DNA of 16,152 nucleotides from contig CALBJC010000061.1 in the NCBI GenBank assembly GCA_937892655.1, positions 1 through 16,152 on the forward strand. Reading direction: 5' to 3'. Below are positions 1 to 7,474 of this stretch, piece by piece. Origin of the DNA: an uncultured Clostridia bacterium (GTDB lineage Bacteria; Bacillota; Clostridia; Oscillospirales; Ruminococcaceae). Position numbers and translations under genes: made by a program. The notes beneath the pieces are model-generated. The model had not been told where the DNA came from and ran no database searches. It saw only the letters and a program-made list of their open reading frames with translations. Position 1 is the stretch's first letter; each line of letters opens with the position of its first letter.

Positions 1-1968
1 TTTGCTTATATCCATATCAGCAAAGCCGAGAATTTTGAGCATTGAAATAGAGTAGGCATTTCGCTCTATAATAATTTTTGCCAGCAGATACATTACTATT
101 ATATATACTATAATTGCAAAGCCTGCAAAAAGTGAGAATACCATACCAAGCGAGGTTTCAAGCTGAGTTGCAACAACAGAAAGGTCATGCTCGGTAATGA
201 GTGTTGCAATCATAGTGTTAGGGATATCAAGCTTTTCGTTTGAAAAGTATCCTGAATATTCACTATCTGAAACTTCAAACATCTCTCTGAAGGTGTCAAT
301 TGACATAAACACAGAAAGTGCAGGCGGATAGCTATACTGCGCGTTCACCTTGAATGTGTATTCTTTGTTTTCATAATCATTGTAAAGAGTAATGCTGTCA
401 CTCTTTTCAAGCTTATATTTTTCGCAGAAGCCCTCAGACAAATATATACCATTTTTCTCAAAATCAGTATTTTTTACATATGAAGAATCATCTTCTACAC
501 CGTAGATTGTTATCTCCTCGCCATTTTTTGTTGTAAGAGATGTAACACAGTATTTTTCAACACTTTCATTTTCAACCTCATAAGGTGCTTTTAAAATGTA
601 CTGGTAGTCTGCAATTTTTGAGTGAGAAACCTCATCCTTGTAGTTGTTGAGAAGAGGCGGAAACATCATACCAAACATCAGTAAAACACCTGCGAAGAAG
701 ATACCCGCAAACATTGTAAGGTATGCTGAGATGTTCTGCAGAATTACTCTTAAACGAAAACGTGAGATGAATTTCAGATCAGGAAGCTTTACAGCCTTTT
801 TATTCTTTTTCTTTGAAAATTCACGTCGCAAAAGCTGCAGAGGCGAAAGAGACAAAGCTTTCAGTAAAACTACTACATTTATAGCAATAATAATTACACA
901 AGGAATAATAGTTGTTTTTACAAACGCTTCTGTACTCCATACCGTTTCAAAAGTAGGCAGAGAATAGCTGTTATAGTAAATGCCCTTTACAAAGTTTTTC
1001 ATTACTGTATAGCCGAGAATGTTACCTACAAGCGCCGCTGTGAGCATTACAATCATCGGCAAGGTAAGGTAATGAACAAACATTTCAGCCTTTGTATAGC
1101 CTGACGCGCGCAGAGTACCGATAGCGCTTGACTCCTGCTCAATTGTGCTTCTTATGGTTACTGCAAAGATAAACGCTAAAACGACAACTACTATATACAA
1201 AAGCCATTGTATCATAAGCTGATCTGAACCCATATCATCGCCGGTAAACATAATAGCCTGATTAAACTCACGAGGTACAAAATCTGTGATTATCGCACCG
1301 TTTGCTATGAGGTCTTTCATAAGAGCTTCAGATAATGATGTTATTTCATTTTCGCTGAGAGATTTATCATTGTTTGTCCACGCATAGCAGAATTTTAAAC
1401 CTGCACTGCCGATGCTTTCAAATGTTTTATCTGTAACAGTTGCAACAGTAAAGCATTTTGCATCAAACATCATATCGTTGTTATTCTTGAAAAGTGAGGT
1501 GTAATCTGAAAACGCTGCAAGACCGCAGATTGTAAGCTCTTTATCCTCAAGCTTGATTTTGTCACCGATTTTCAGAGAATTATTTGCAGCGTAAAGTCTG
1601 TCGATAACAATTTCATCATCGTCGTCAGCATTCTCGCCTTCCATAATACAGAGGTTGTTTACAGCATCACGGTTTTCATAAATTCTGATACTGTGGTCAT
1701 TTTCTGTAATTCTGTCTTTATAAAAAAGATTGTGAATTGTAACATCGCAGTAAGTATCAGCATCAACGGGCATAGCGGTTACAAAATGACCGTCTTCAAC
1801 TGTATACTTATCAAAGCTTTCATCAAATGCCTGGCGCATACTCTGACCTGCTACAATAAAGCCCGAGCAGAAGCTGATAACTAAAACTATAAACAAAAAG
1901 AGCGCTACATACTTTGAAAAGTCAGTTTTTAACTCTCTTGGAATTCTTTTGAATAATGGATTTGCCAT
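1..1968 (-). CDS. ABC transporter permease, FtsX family with duplicated FtsX domains (TM1, large extracytoplasmic domain, 3 TM; then repeated). The C-terminus lies beyond the left window edge (partial).
   Basis: An ATG at 1968 (minus) is preceded by GGAGTG 6 nt upstream and lies 12 nt after the ATPase stop. The reading frame is open for all 656 codons down to position 1. No complete ORF is listed in the track because there is no stop in the window. My own translation shows MANPLFKRIPRELKTDFSKYVALFLFIVLVISF (TM1), then a ~200-aa hydrophilic domain, then three TM segments (…IVVVVLAFIFAVTIRSTIEQESSAIGTLRASGYTKAEM…), followed by a second TM-ECD unit. Confidence 0.8.
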   Translation of the reverse strand, partial: MANPLFKRIPRELKTDFSKYVALFLFIVLVISFCSGFIVAGQSMRQAFDESFDKYTVEDGHFVTAMPVDADTYCDVTIHNLFYKDRITENDHSIRIYENRDAVNNLCIMEGENADDDDEIVIDRLYAANNSLKIGDKIKLEDKELTICGLAAFSDYTSLFKNNNDMMFDAKCFTVATVTDKTFESIGSAGLKFCYAWTNNDKSLSENEITSLSEALMKDLIANGAIITDFVPREFNQAIMFTGDDMGSDQLMIQWLLYIVVVVLAFIFAVTIRSTIEQESSAIGTLRASGYTKAEMFVHYLTLPMIVMLTAALVGNILGYTVMKNFVKGIYYNSYSLPTFETVWSTEAFVKTTIIPCVIIIAINVVVLLKALSLSPLQLLRREFSKKKNKKAVKLPDLKFISRFRLRVILQNISAYLTMFAGIFFAGVLLMFGMMFPPLLNNYKDEVSHSKIADYQYILKAPYEVENESVEKYCVTSLTTKNGEEITIYGVEDDSSYVKNTDFEKNGIYLSEGFCEKYKLEKSDSITLYNDYENKEYTFKVNAQYSYPPALSVFMSIDTFREMFEVSDSEYSGYFSNEKLDIPNTMIATLITEHDLSVVATQLETSLGMVFSLFAGFAIIVYIIVMYLLAKIIIERNAYSISMLKILGFADMDISK

Positions 1969-1980
1969 TTTACTCACTCC

Positions 1981-2679
1981 TTACCAATCAATCTCCTGAG
2001 CTGACAGCTTATGCTCGTTAACATTATTGTGTCTGATAACGCCATCTCTGAGCTTTACTACTCTGTCAGCCATAAGCTTGATGGCATCATTGTGAGTAAC
2101 TATAATTATTGTGTTTTTGTATTCGCGGTTTACATTCTCTAAAAGCTTTAAAATTTCTTTTGATGTATTGTAATCAAGTGCACCTGTTGGCTCATCACAA
2201 AGCAGAATATCAGGATTTTTAACAATCGCTCTGCCAATAGCAGTTCTCTGCTGCTGACCACCTGAAAGCTGATTTGGCAGCTTATCCTTATGCTCCCAAA
2301 GACCGAGAGTTTTTAAAAGTTTGTCGATATCAAGAGGATTTTTGCTAAGATATGCCCCTACCTCGATATTCTCCTTTACGGTGAGATTTGAAATAAGATT
2401 GTATGCCTGGAAAACATAGCCTAAATGCTTTCTTCTGTATAAAGAAAGCTTTGCAGCGGTCATATCGCTCATTGACTCGCCGTCAATTTCGATTACTCCC
2501 TCATCAGCAGTATCAATACCGCCTATGATATTTAAGAGTGTGGATTTACCTGAACCTGATGGGCCTAACAAAACGCATATACTGCCCTTTTCAACTTCAA
2601 GGTCGATACCCTTGAGCACCTCAACTCTTGCACTGCCTTCTCCAAAATGTTTTTTGAGATTTTTGATTGATAAAAACAT
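1981..2679 (-). CDS. ABC transporter ATP-binding protein, MacB/LolD-like (232 aa)
   Basis: Walker A GPSGSGKST, ABC signature LSGGQQQR, Walker B ILLCDEPTGALD and an H-loop VTHN. The stop lies 12 nt upstream of the permease start, indicating one operon. Confidence 0.9.
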   Translation of the reverse strand: MFLSIKNLKKHFGEGSARVEVLKGIDLEVEKGSICVLLGPSGSGKSTLLNIIGGIDTADEGVIEIDGESMSDMTAAKLSLYRRKHLGYVFQAYNLISNLTVKENIEVGAYLSKNPLDIDKLLKTLGLWEHKDKLPNQLSGGQQQRTAIGRAIVKNPDILLCDEPTGALDYNTSKEILKLLENVNREYKNTIIIVTHNDAIKLMADRVVKLRDGVIRHNNVNEHKLSAQEIDW

Positions 2680-2712
2680 CTCTCATCTTTCCTTTCATTA
2701 TACATTTTACAG

Positions 2713-2793
2713 AAAACAAAAAACCGCATATAGCCTCAATTGCTATAATGCGGTGTGTATATAGACGCATGTATAGCATTTCAGCAATACATG
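2713..2793 (-). promoter_or_regulatory. 5' leader attenuator. An intrinsic terminator (stem 2742-2753 / 2724-2734, loop 2735-2741, U-tract 2713-2723) is preceded by two mutually exclusive upstream hairpins.
   Basis: Minus-strand RNA reads CCGCAUUAUAGC-AAUUGAG-GCUAUAUGCGG-UUUUUUGUUUU, 34 nt before the ATPase ATG. Upstream, GCUAUACAUGCG (2766-2777) can pair either with the terminator 5' arm (anti-terminator) or with CAUGUAUUGC (2784-2793). Confidence 0.55.
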
Positions 2794-2889
2794 AGTCTCG
2801 TTATTTAAGACAAGCCAGGTCAATAACCAGGATGTTGACTTGCCACGCTATGCGCCACTACTCCCTCACAGGTGTTTTGTTATTCATTG

Positions 2890-2923
2890 ATTATAATTTA
2901 ACATCAATACTTTACAATGTCAA
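2890..2923 (-). promoter_or_regulatory. Sigma-A-type promoter for the ABC operon leader
   Basis: Minus strand: TTGACA (2918-2923), a 17-nt spacer, then a TG-extended TAAATT (2895-2900). An overlapping alternative is TTGTAA-16-TATAAT (2890-2895). Confidence 0.4.
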
Positions 2924-3020
2924 GCATTATGTGAAAAATTTGTCATAAAAATCATTGTTGCCAAAATTTTACTGATTAAGTTTTGGTAAATTTGCACTCT
3001 TTTTTGCAATTATCAGACAA

Positions 3021-3056
3021 AAAACGCCACCGGGTTACCGATGGCGTTTTCATTTT
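3021..3056 (-). terminator. Rho-independent terminator of the Rrf2 gene (partly bidirectional)
   Basis: AAAACGCCAcCGG-gtta-CCGaTGGCGTTTT hairpin. On the minus strand it is followed by UUUUUUGUCUG, 12 nt after the Rrf2 stop. Confidence 0.65.
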
Positions 3057-3061
3057 GATGT

Positions 3062-3475
3062 TTAGTTTACACATCCAAGTCTTACTACATCTAAAAGAGA
3101 TGTGTTTGTAAGCTTTGCTGCAATATCCGAGCTGATATTCTCCCAGAAACTGTGAGTTAAATCATTTTCCTCACGCTTTGCATGCTCTGCTAAATTCGGC
3201 ACAATTGCAAAATCACCGTCAACTGCTTTGATTATCTCCATTACAGAATAATCCTCGGCACTCTTTACAAGAGTATAACCGCCCTGAGGGCCTCTGGCAC
3301 TTATAAGCAGACTTTTCTTGGTAAGCGCTGAGGCAATCTGCTCTGCATACTTAAGAGAAATCTCTCTTCTGTTTGCAATGTCTTTTAAAGATACACTTTT
3401 TGATGACGACAATGATGCAATATCCGCCATCATTATGAGCGCATATCTCCCCTTTGCTGAAACTTTCATCTTCAT
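3062..3475 (-). CDS. Rrf2-family transcriptional regulator (137 aa). It has a single Cys, so it is not an IscR/NsrR-type Fe-S form.
   Basis: The N-terminal KGRYALIMMADIA…ISLKDIANRREIS…YAEQI winged-helix signature is typical of Rrf2/CymR proteins. An AAGGAG site precedes the ATG. Confidence 0.85.
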   Translation of the reverse strand: MKMKVSAKGRYALIMMADIASLSSSKSVSLKDIANRREISLKYAEQIASALTKKSLLISARGPQGGYTLVKSAEDYSVMEIIKAVDGDFAIVPNLAEHAKREENDLTHSFWENISSDIAAKLTNTSLLDVVRLGCVN

Positions 3476-3801
3476 ACACTCCTTGAATTTGGCTGATTGA
3501 CTCCTTTTAAGATGTTTTCTTAAAATCTTTCCAATGCTTAATATATCATAAGGGATTATACATTTTTTAGGCTAAACGTGAATTTTTTGGCGTATTCGTT
3601 AAAATATATGTGAATTGTTTTTTCTTAAAACGTTATCACAATTATTTAGTAAATTTCAAACGTTTTTGTAAAAATCATACAAATTTATATGATTTGATAA
3701 TGTTTGCCGAAAGCTGTCGGTTGTTAATTTATTGTCAGTATTGCACTATTATTTAAAGATAATTCTAACCAAATTTTAGCAGATAAATTTATCCTTTTAT
3801 C

Positions 3802-3830
3802 TTGACAAATTATAATAATAGGTATATAAT
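3802..3830 (+). promoter_or_regulatory. Consensus sigma-A promoter for the symporter gene
   Basis: TTGACA (3802-3807), an exactly 17-nt spacer, then TATAAT (3825-3830). The RBS AAGGAG lies at 3882-3887, 10 nt before the ATG at 3898. Confidence 0.65.
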
Positions 3831-3897
3831 TTACTTTAGCAAGTAAAAGCACAAAAACATAAAAGCTTTAAATCATTAAACAAGGAGTTTATATATT

Positions 3898-5427
3898 ATG
3901 GTAAGTATCTGGATCACTCTGGTTGTTTATCTTATATGTATGCTGGGTATCGGCGTATACTGTAAGAAAAAGACCTCAAACGTTTCTGAATTTGTTCTCG
4001 GCGGCAGAAGCCTTGGCCCCTGGTTTACAGCCTTCGCTTACGGCACATCTTATTTTTCGGCTGTAATCTTTGTTGGGTATGCCGGCAAATTCGGTTGGGC
4101 ATATGGCGTTGCATCAACCTGGGTCGGTATCGGTAACGCTGTTATCGGTTCACTCCTGCCTTGGCTCATCCTCGGCAAGAGAACAAGAACAATGTCAACT
4201 CATTTAAACGCAAAAACAATGCCTGAGCTTTTTGAAAAGCGTTATGACAGCACGATGCTCAAGATCGTATCAGCGCTCATCATTTTCGTATTTCTTATTC
4301 CATACACAGCCTCAGTTTACAACGGTCTTTCAAGACTTTTTGAAAAGGGCTTCGGTATTGAATACAAATACTGCATTATCGGCATGGCTGTAATCACAGC
4401 TATCTATGTAATCCTCGGCGGTTACAAGGCTACTGCTATCAGCGACTTTGTTCAGGGCGTATTTATGCTTATCGGTATCGTTGCTGTAATTCTGGCTACT
4501 CTCGACATAAACGGCGGTCTCACATCATCACTTGACCTTCTCGGCGATATTGAAGTAAACGGCAAGACTGGCGTTTACAACTCGCTCTTTGGCCCTGATC
4601 CTCAGAACCTTATAGGTGTTATTATTCTTACATCTCTTGGTACATGGGGCTTACCTCAGATGGTTTCAAAGTTCTACGCTATCAAGGATAACCGTTCAAT
4701 CAAGACAGGTACTATCGTTTCAACAGTATTCGCAGTAGTAGTTGCAGGCGGCTGTTACTTCCTCGGCGGCTTTGGCAGACTTTTCGCAACTCCGCTTGAA
4801 AACGGCAATCCTTCAACAGGCTTTGACGGTATCGTTCCTACAATGATGGAAAAGCTTCCAAACTTCTTGTTCGGTATCGTAATCGTACTTGTTCTTTCAG
4901 CTTCAATGTCAACTCTTTCATCACTCGTTTTAACATCATCATCAACTCTTACAATCGACCTTGTAAAGCCTCTTTCAAAGAAGATGGACGAAAAGCGTCA
5001 GGTTTTTGTAATGAGAATATTTGTTGCAATATTCTTACTCATCTCAGTAATTATCGCTATCTATACTCTTGAAAGCGAAAATATGGTTATCTCAACCTTG
5101 ATGTCAATTTCATGGGGTGCGCTCGCTGGTTCGTTCTTAGCTCCATATATGCTCGGCCTTTTCTGGAAGGGCGTTACAAAAGCTGCAACAGTTGCCTGCT
5201 TCATATCAGGCGTTGGTATTACTGTAGGTCATATGTTCATATTCACATTTGGCGGCAAGACAGGCGAATTCTTAGGCTTCAACCTGGCTTCTCCAATTAA
5301 CGCAGGCGCGTTTGCAATGCTCTTTGGACTTATTCTTTGCCCTATCGTTTCACTTATCACCAAGAACACAAAGGACAGAGAAAACGCTGAGAAGGTATTT
5401 GAATGCTACAGCGCTCAGAATGACTGA
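3898..5427 (+). CDS. Sodium:solute symporter (SSF) family transporter, 509 aa. Possibly a PaaL/PanF-like carboxylate permease.
   Basis: About 13 hydrophobic segments. Family-typical N-terminus …FVLGGRSLGPWFTAFAYGTSYFSAVIFVGYAG… and the central GGYKATAISDFVQG block. Confidence 0.85.
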   Translation: MVSIWITLVVYLICMLGIGVYCKKKTSNVSEFVLGGRSLGPWFTAFAYGTSYFSAVIFVGYAGKFGWAYGVASTWVGIGNAVIGSLLPWLILGKRTRTMSTHLNAKTMPELFEKRYDSTMLKIVSALIIFVFLIPYTASVYNGLSRLFEKGFGIEYKYCIIGMAVITAIYVILGGYKATAISDFVQGVFMLIGIVAVILATLDINGGLTSSLDLLGDIEVNGKTGVYNSLFGPDPQNLIGVIILTSLGTWGLPQMVSKFYAIKDNRSIKTGTIVSTVFAVVVAGGCYFLGGFGRLFATPLENGNPSTGFDGIVPTMMEKLPNFLFGIVIVLVLSASMSTLSSLVLTSSSTLTIDLVKPLSKKMDEKRQVFVMRIFVAIFLLISVIIAIYTLESENMVISTLMSISWGALAGSFLAPYMLGLFWKGVTKAATVACFISGVGITVGHMFIFTFGGKTGEFLGFNLASPINAGAFAMLFGLILCPIVSLITKNTKDRENAEKVFECYSAQND

Positions 5428-5435
5428 TAATTTTA

Positions 5436-5468
5436 AAAGGTGGCAACCGTTTGTCACCTTTTAATTTT
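5436..5468 (+). terminator. Rho-independent terminator
   Basis: GGTGGCAA-ccgt-TTGTCACC (8-bp stem, one G·U pair), followed by TTTTAATTTT. Confidence 0.7.
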
Positions 5469-5472
5469 GCTA

Positions 5473-5501
5473 TTGCAATATTTGAAAAATAGGTTTATAA
5501 T
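5473..5501 (+). promoter_or_regulatory. Sigma-A-type promoter for the PaaK-like gene
   Basis: TTGCAA (5473-5478), a 17-nt spacer, then TATAAT (5496-5501). The RBS AAAGGA lies ~12 nt before the ATG at 5543. Confidence 0.55.
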
Positions 5502-5542
5502 AGTATAGATGTTTTAATTTTTATAAAAGGACTGTTAAATTC

Positions 5543-6865
5543 ATGGACAAGAAGAATATTCATTATTTCCAGAAGGATATTGAAACTATGCCTAGAGCAG
5601 AGCTTGAAAAGCTTCAGCTTGAAAGACTCAAGGCTTTGGTTAAATACTGTATGGATAATATCCCATTTTACAACAAGCGCTTGACAGAAGCCGGTGTTAG
5701 CGCTGACAAAATCAAGGTTTTGTCAGATATTGAGTACATCCCATATACCACAAAGGCAGATTTAAGAGATACATATCCATTTGGTCTTTTTGGCAAGCCT
5801 TTGAAGGAAATCGCAAGAATCCACGCTTCATCAGGTACAACAGGCAAGCCTACAGTTGTAGGCTACACCAAAGCTGACCTTGATATGTGGAGCGATTGCA
5901 TGGCTCGTCTTTGTATGGCAGCAGGCTGTACTGATGAGGATATAGTTCAGATTGCATTCGGCTACGGTATGTTTACAGGCGCTTTAGGTCTTCACTACGG
6001 TCTTGAAAAGCTTGGTGCAACTGTTGTTCCTACATCAAGCGGTAATACTGAAAAGCAGATTATGTTTATGCAGGATTTCAAGACAACTGCTTTGGTTTCA
6101 ACCCCTTCATACGCACAGTACATGGGCGAAATGATAAGAGAAATGGGTGTTAAGGATAACATCGCATTAGAGCTTGGCTTATTCGGTTCAGAGGGCTGTA
6201 CTCCTGAAATGAGAGCGCAGATCGAAAGCGTTTTAGGCGTTTTTGCAACAGATAACTACGGTATGAGTGAGCTTGTAGGCCCCGGCGTTTCAGGCGAATG
6301 CTTATTCAGAGACGGTATGCATATCAATGAGGACCATTTCTATGCTGAGGTTATCGATTCAGTTTCAGGTCAGGTTCTTCCTAAGGGTTCTCAGGGTGAG
6401 CTTGTTATCACAACTCTCACAAAAGAGGGTATCCCTATGCTTCGATACAGAACAAAGGATATTACTCAGATCAATTACGATACCTGTAAATGCGGCAGAA
6501 CAACTGCAAGAATGGCTAAGATCAAGGGCAGAAGCGATGATATGCTCAAGATCCGTGGCGTAAATGTATTCCCATCACAGATCGAAAGCGTTCTGATGAA
6601 GTTTGAGGATGTTGCTCCTCACTATCAGCTTATCGTTACAAGAAAGAATTTCTCTGATGCTTTAGAGGTTAAGGTTGAGCTTTCTGATACATCCTCACAT
6701 CTTTTGGAAAACTACGGCAAGCTTGAAGCACTTCAGAAGGGTATCCACCACGATCTCAAGACTGTTTTAGGTATTGAAACAAAGGTATCTCTTGCAGAGC
6801 CAAAATCACTTGAAAGATTCCAGGGTAAAGCAAAGAGAATCGTTGATTTAAGAGATAATAAGTAA
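5543..6865 (+). CDS. paaK: Phenylacetate-CoA ligase (PaaK family adenylate-forming enzyme), 440 aa
   Basis: Near-canonical PaaK along its full length: MPRAELEKLQLERLK, SSGTTGKPTVVGYT, GYGMFTGALGLHYG, YGMSELVGPGV, CKCGRTTARM…GRSDDMLKIRGVNVFPSQIE, HYQL. Confidence 0.9.
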   Translation: MDKKNIHYFQKDIETMPRAELEKLQLERLKALVKYCMDNIPFYNKRLTEAGVSADKIKVLSDIEYIPYTTKADLRDTYPFGLFGKPLKEIARIHASSGTTGKPTVVGYTKADLDMWSDCMARLCMAAGCTDEDIVQIAFGYGMFTGALGLHYGLEKLGATVVPTSSGNTEKQIMFMQDFKTTALVSTPSYAQYMGEMIREMGVKDNIALELGLFGSEGCTPEMRAQIESVLGVFATDNYGMSELVGPGVSGECLFRDGMHINEDHFYAEVIDSVSGQVLPKGSQGELVITTLTKEGIPMLRYRTKDITQINYDTCKCGRTTARMAKIKGRSDDMLKIRGVNVFPSQIESVLMKFEDVAPHYQLIVTRKNFSDALEVKVELSDTSSHLLENYGKLEALQKGIHHDLKTVLGIETKVSLAEPKSLERFQGKAKRIVDLRDNK

Positions 6866-6867
6866 CT

Positions 6868-6909
6868 AAAAACTCCGCAAAGTATTCTTTGCGGAGTTTT
6901 TTTATTTTA
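6868..6909. terminator. Bidirectional rho-independent terminator shared by the convergent paaK and dpaB genes
   Basis: AACTCCGCAAAG-tatt-CTTTGCGGAGTT is flanked by an A-run upstream and T-runs downstream, so it reads as hairpin plus U-tract on both strands. Confidence 0.8.
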
Positions 6910-7474
6910 GTATAATCGGCTGTATCTGCTCGCACTTCAGAGCTTTTTCAAGAGCCTTTGGTATGAGTGAAAAATCAGCAATCAATGATGTAGGCTTATT
7001 TTCGCTATCATCCTGACCATAGGGTACAAAATAGTAGTTACGGTAATTCTGCAGCATACCGATGTTTTTGGCGCTGCCTGCAAGCGCATCATTTGTAGCG
7101 GGTGCTATGAGCACAGGGCGGTTATTTCTGATATGTGATTTTACCGCCATCGTAACAGGCGTATCGGTAATGCCAAGGGCAAGCTTTGCTAAAGTATTGC
7201 CCGTACAAGGCGCTACAACAAGAGCAGATAACAGCTTTTTTGGTCCGATAGGCTCTGCATCTTCAATAGTCATTATAACCTTTCTTTTGCATATATCTTC
7301 AAGTCGGTCGATATGGTCTTTAGCACTGCCAAAACGGCTTATGATGCTCGAGGCGTTAAATGACATAATAGGTACCATATCATAATCACGGCTCAGATTT
7401 TCTGCGGCCTCAAAAGCTTTTTCAAAGGTACAGAATGAGCCGCACATTGCAAAGCCGATAGTTATTCTATCCAT
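6902..7474 (-). CDS. dpaB: Dipicolinate synthase subunit B (SpoVFB/DpaB, flavoprotein-like), 190 aa
   Basis: MDRITIGFAMCGSFCT…APCTGNTLAKLALGITD…RNNRPVLIAPATNDAL…FVPYGQDD aligns closely with B. subtilis SpoVFB. The start overlaps the dpaA stop by 8 nt. A GAGGAG site lies 7 nt upstream. Confidence 0.9.
   Translation of the reverse strand: MDRITIGFAMCGSFCTFEKAFEAAENLSRDYDMVPIMSFNASSIISRFGSAKDHIDRLEDICKRKVIMTIEDAEPIGPKKLLSALVVAPCTGNTLAKLALGITDTPVTMAVKSHIRNNRPVLIAPATNDALAGSAKNIGMLQNYRNYYFVPYGQDDSENKPTSLIADFSLIPKALEKALKCEQIQPIILK

Noticed and set aside
644-1884. Plus-strand ORFs 644..967 and 1693..1884
   Set aside because: They lie antisense inside the open, well-supported FtsX permease frame. 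They have no RBS and a low-complexity translation.
2782-2793. Three-codon uORF (AUG UAU UGC UGA) on the minus strand inside the first leader hairpin, considered as a stalling leader peptide
   Set aside because: It is too short, with only a weak GAGAC Shine-Dalgarno-like element upstream. I cannot support a leader-peptide attenuation mechanism from sequence alone, so I leave it as an unsupported possibility.
2525-2948. Plus-strand ORFs 2525..2764 and 2667..2948
   Set aside because: They are antisense to the ABC ATPase and its leader and cross two hairpins. I take them as spurious.
3318-3500. Plus-strand ORF 3318..3500
   Set aside because: Antisense within the Rrf2 gene.
3707-3720. 14-bp imperfect palindrome CCGAAAGCTGTCGG followed by a T-rich run
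   Set aside because: Only a 4-bp perfect stem on each side. It is too weak to call a terminator or operator, and the nearby 24-bp palindrome is a far better operator candidate.
5112-6563. Plus-strand alternative-frame ORFs 5112..5300 and 6327..6563
   Set aside because: They are out-of-frame overlaps inside the symporter and PaaK genes, which have strong full-length homology in their called frames.
7062-7385. Plus-strand ORF 7062..7385
   Set aside because: Antisense within dpaB.
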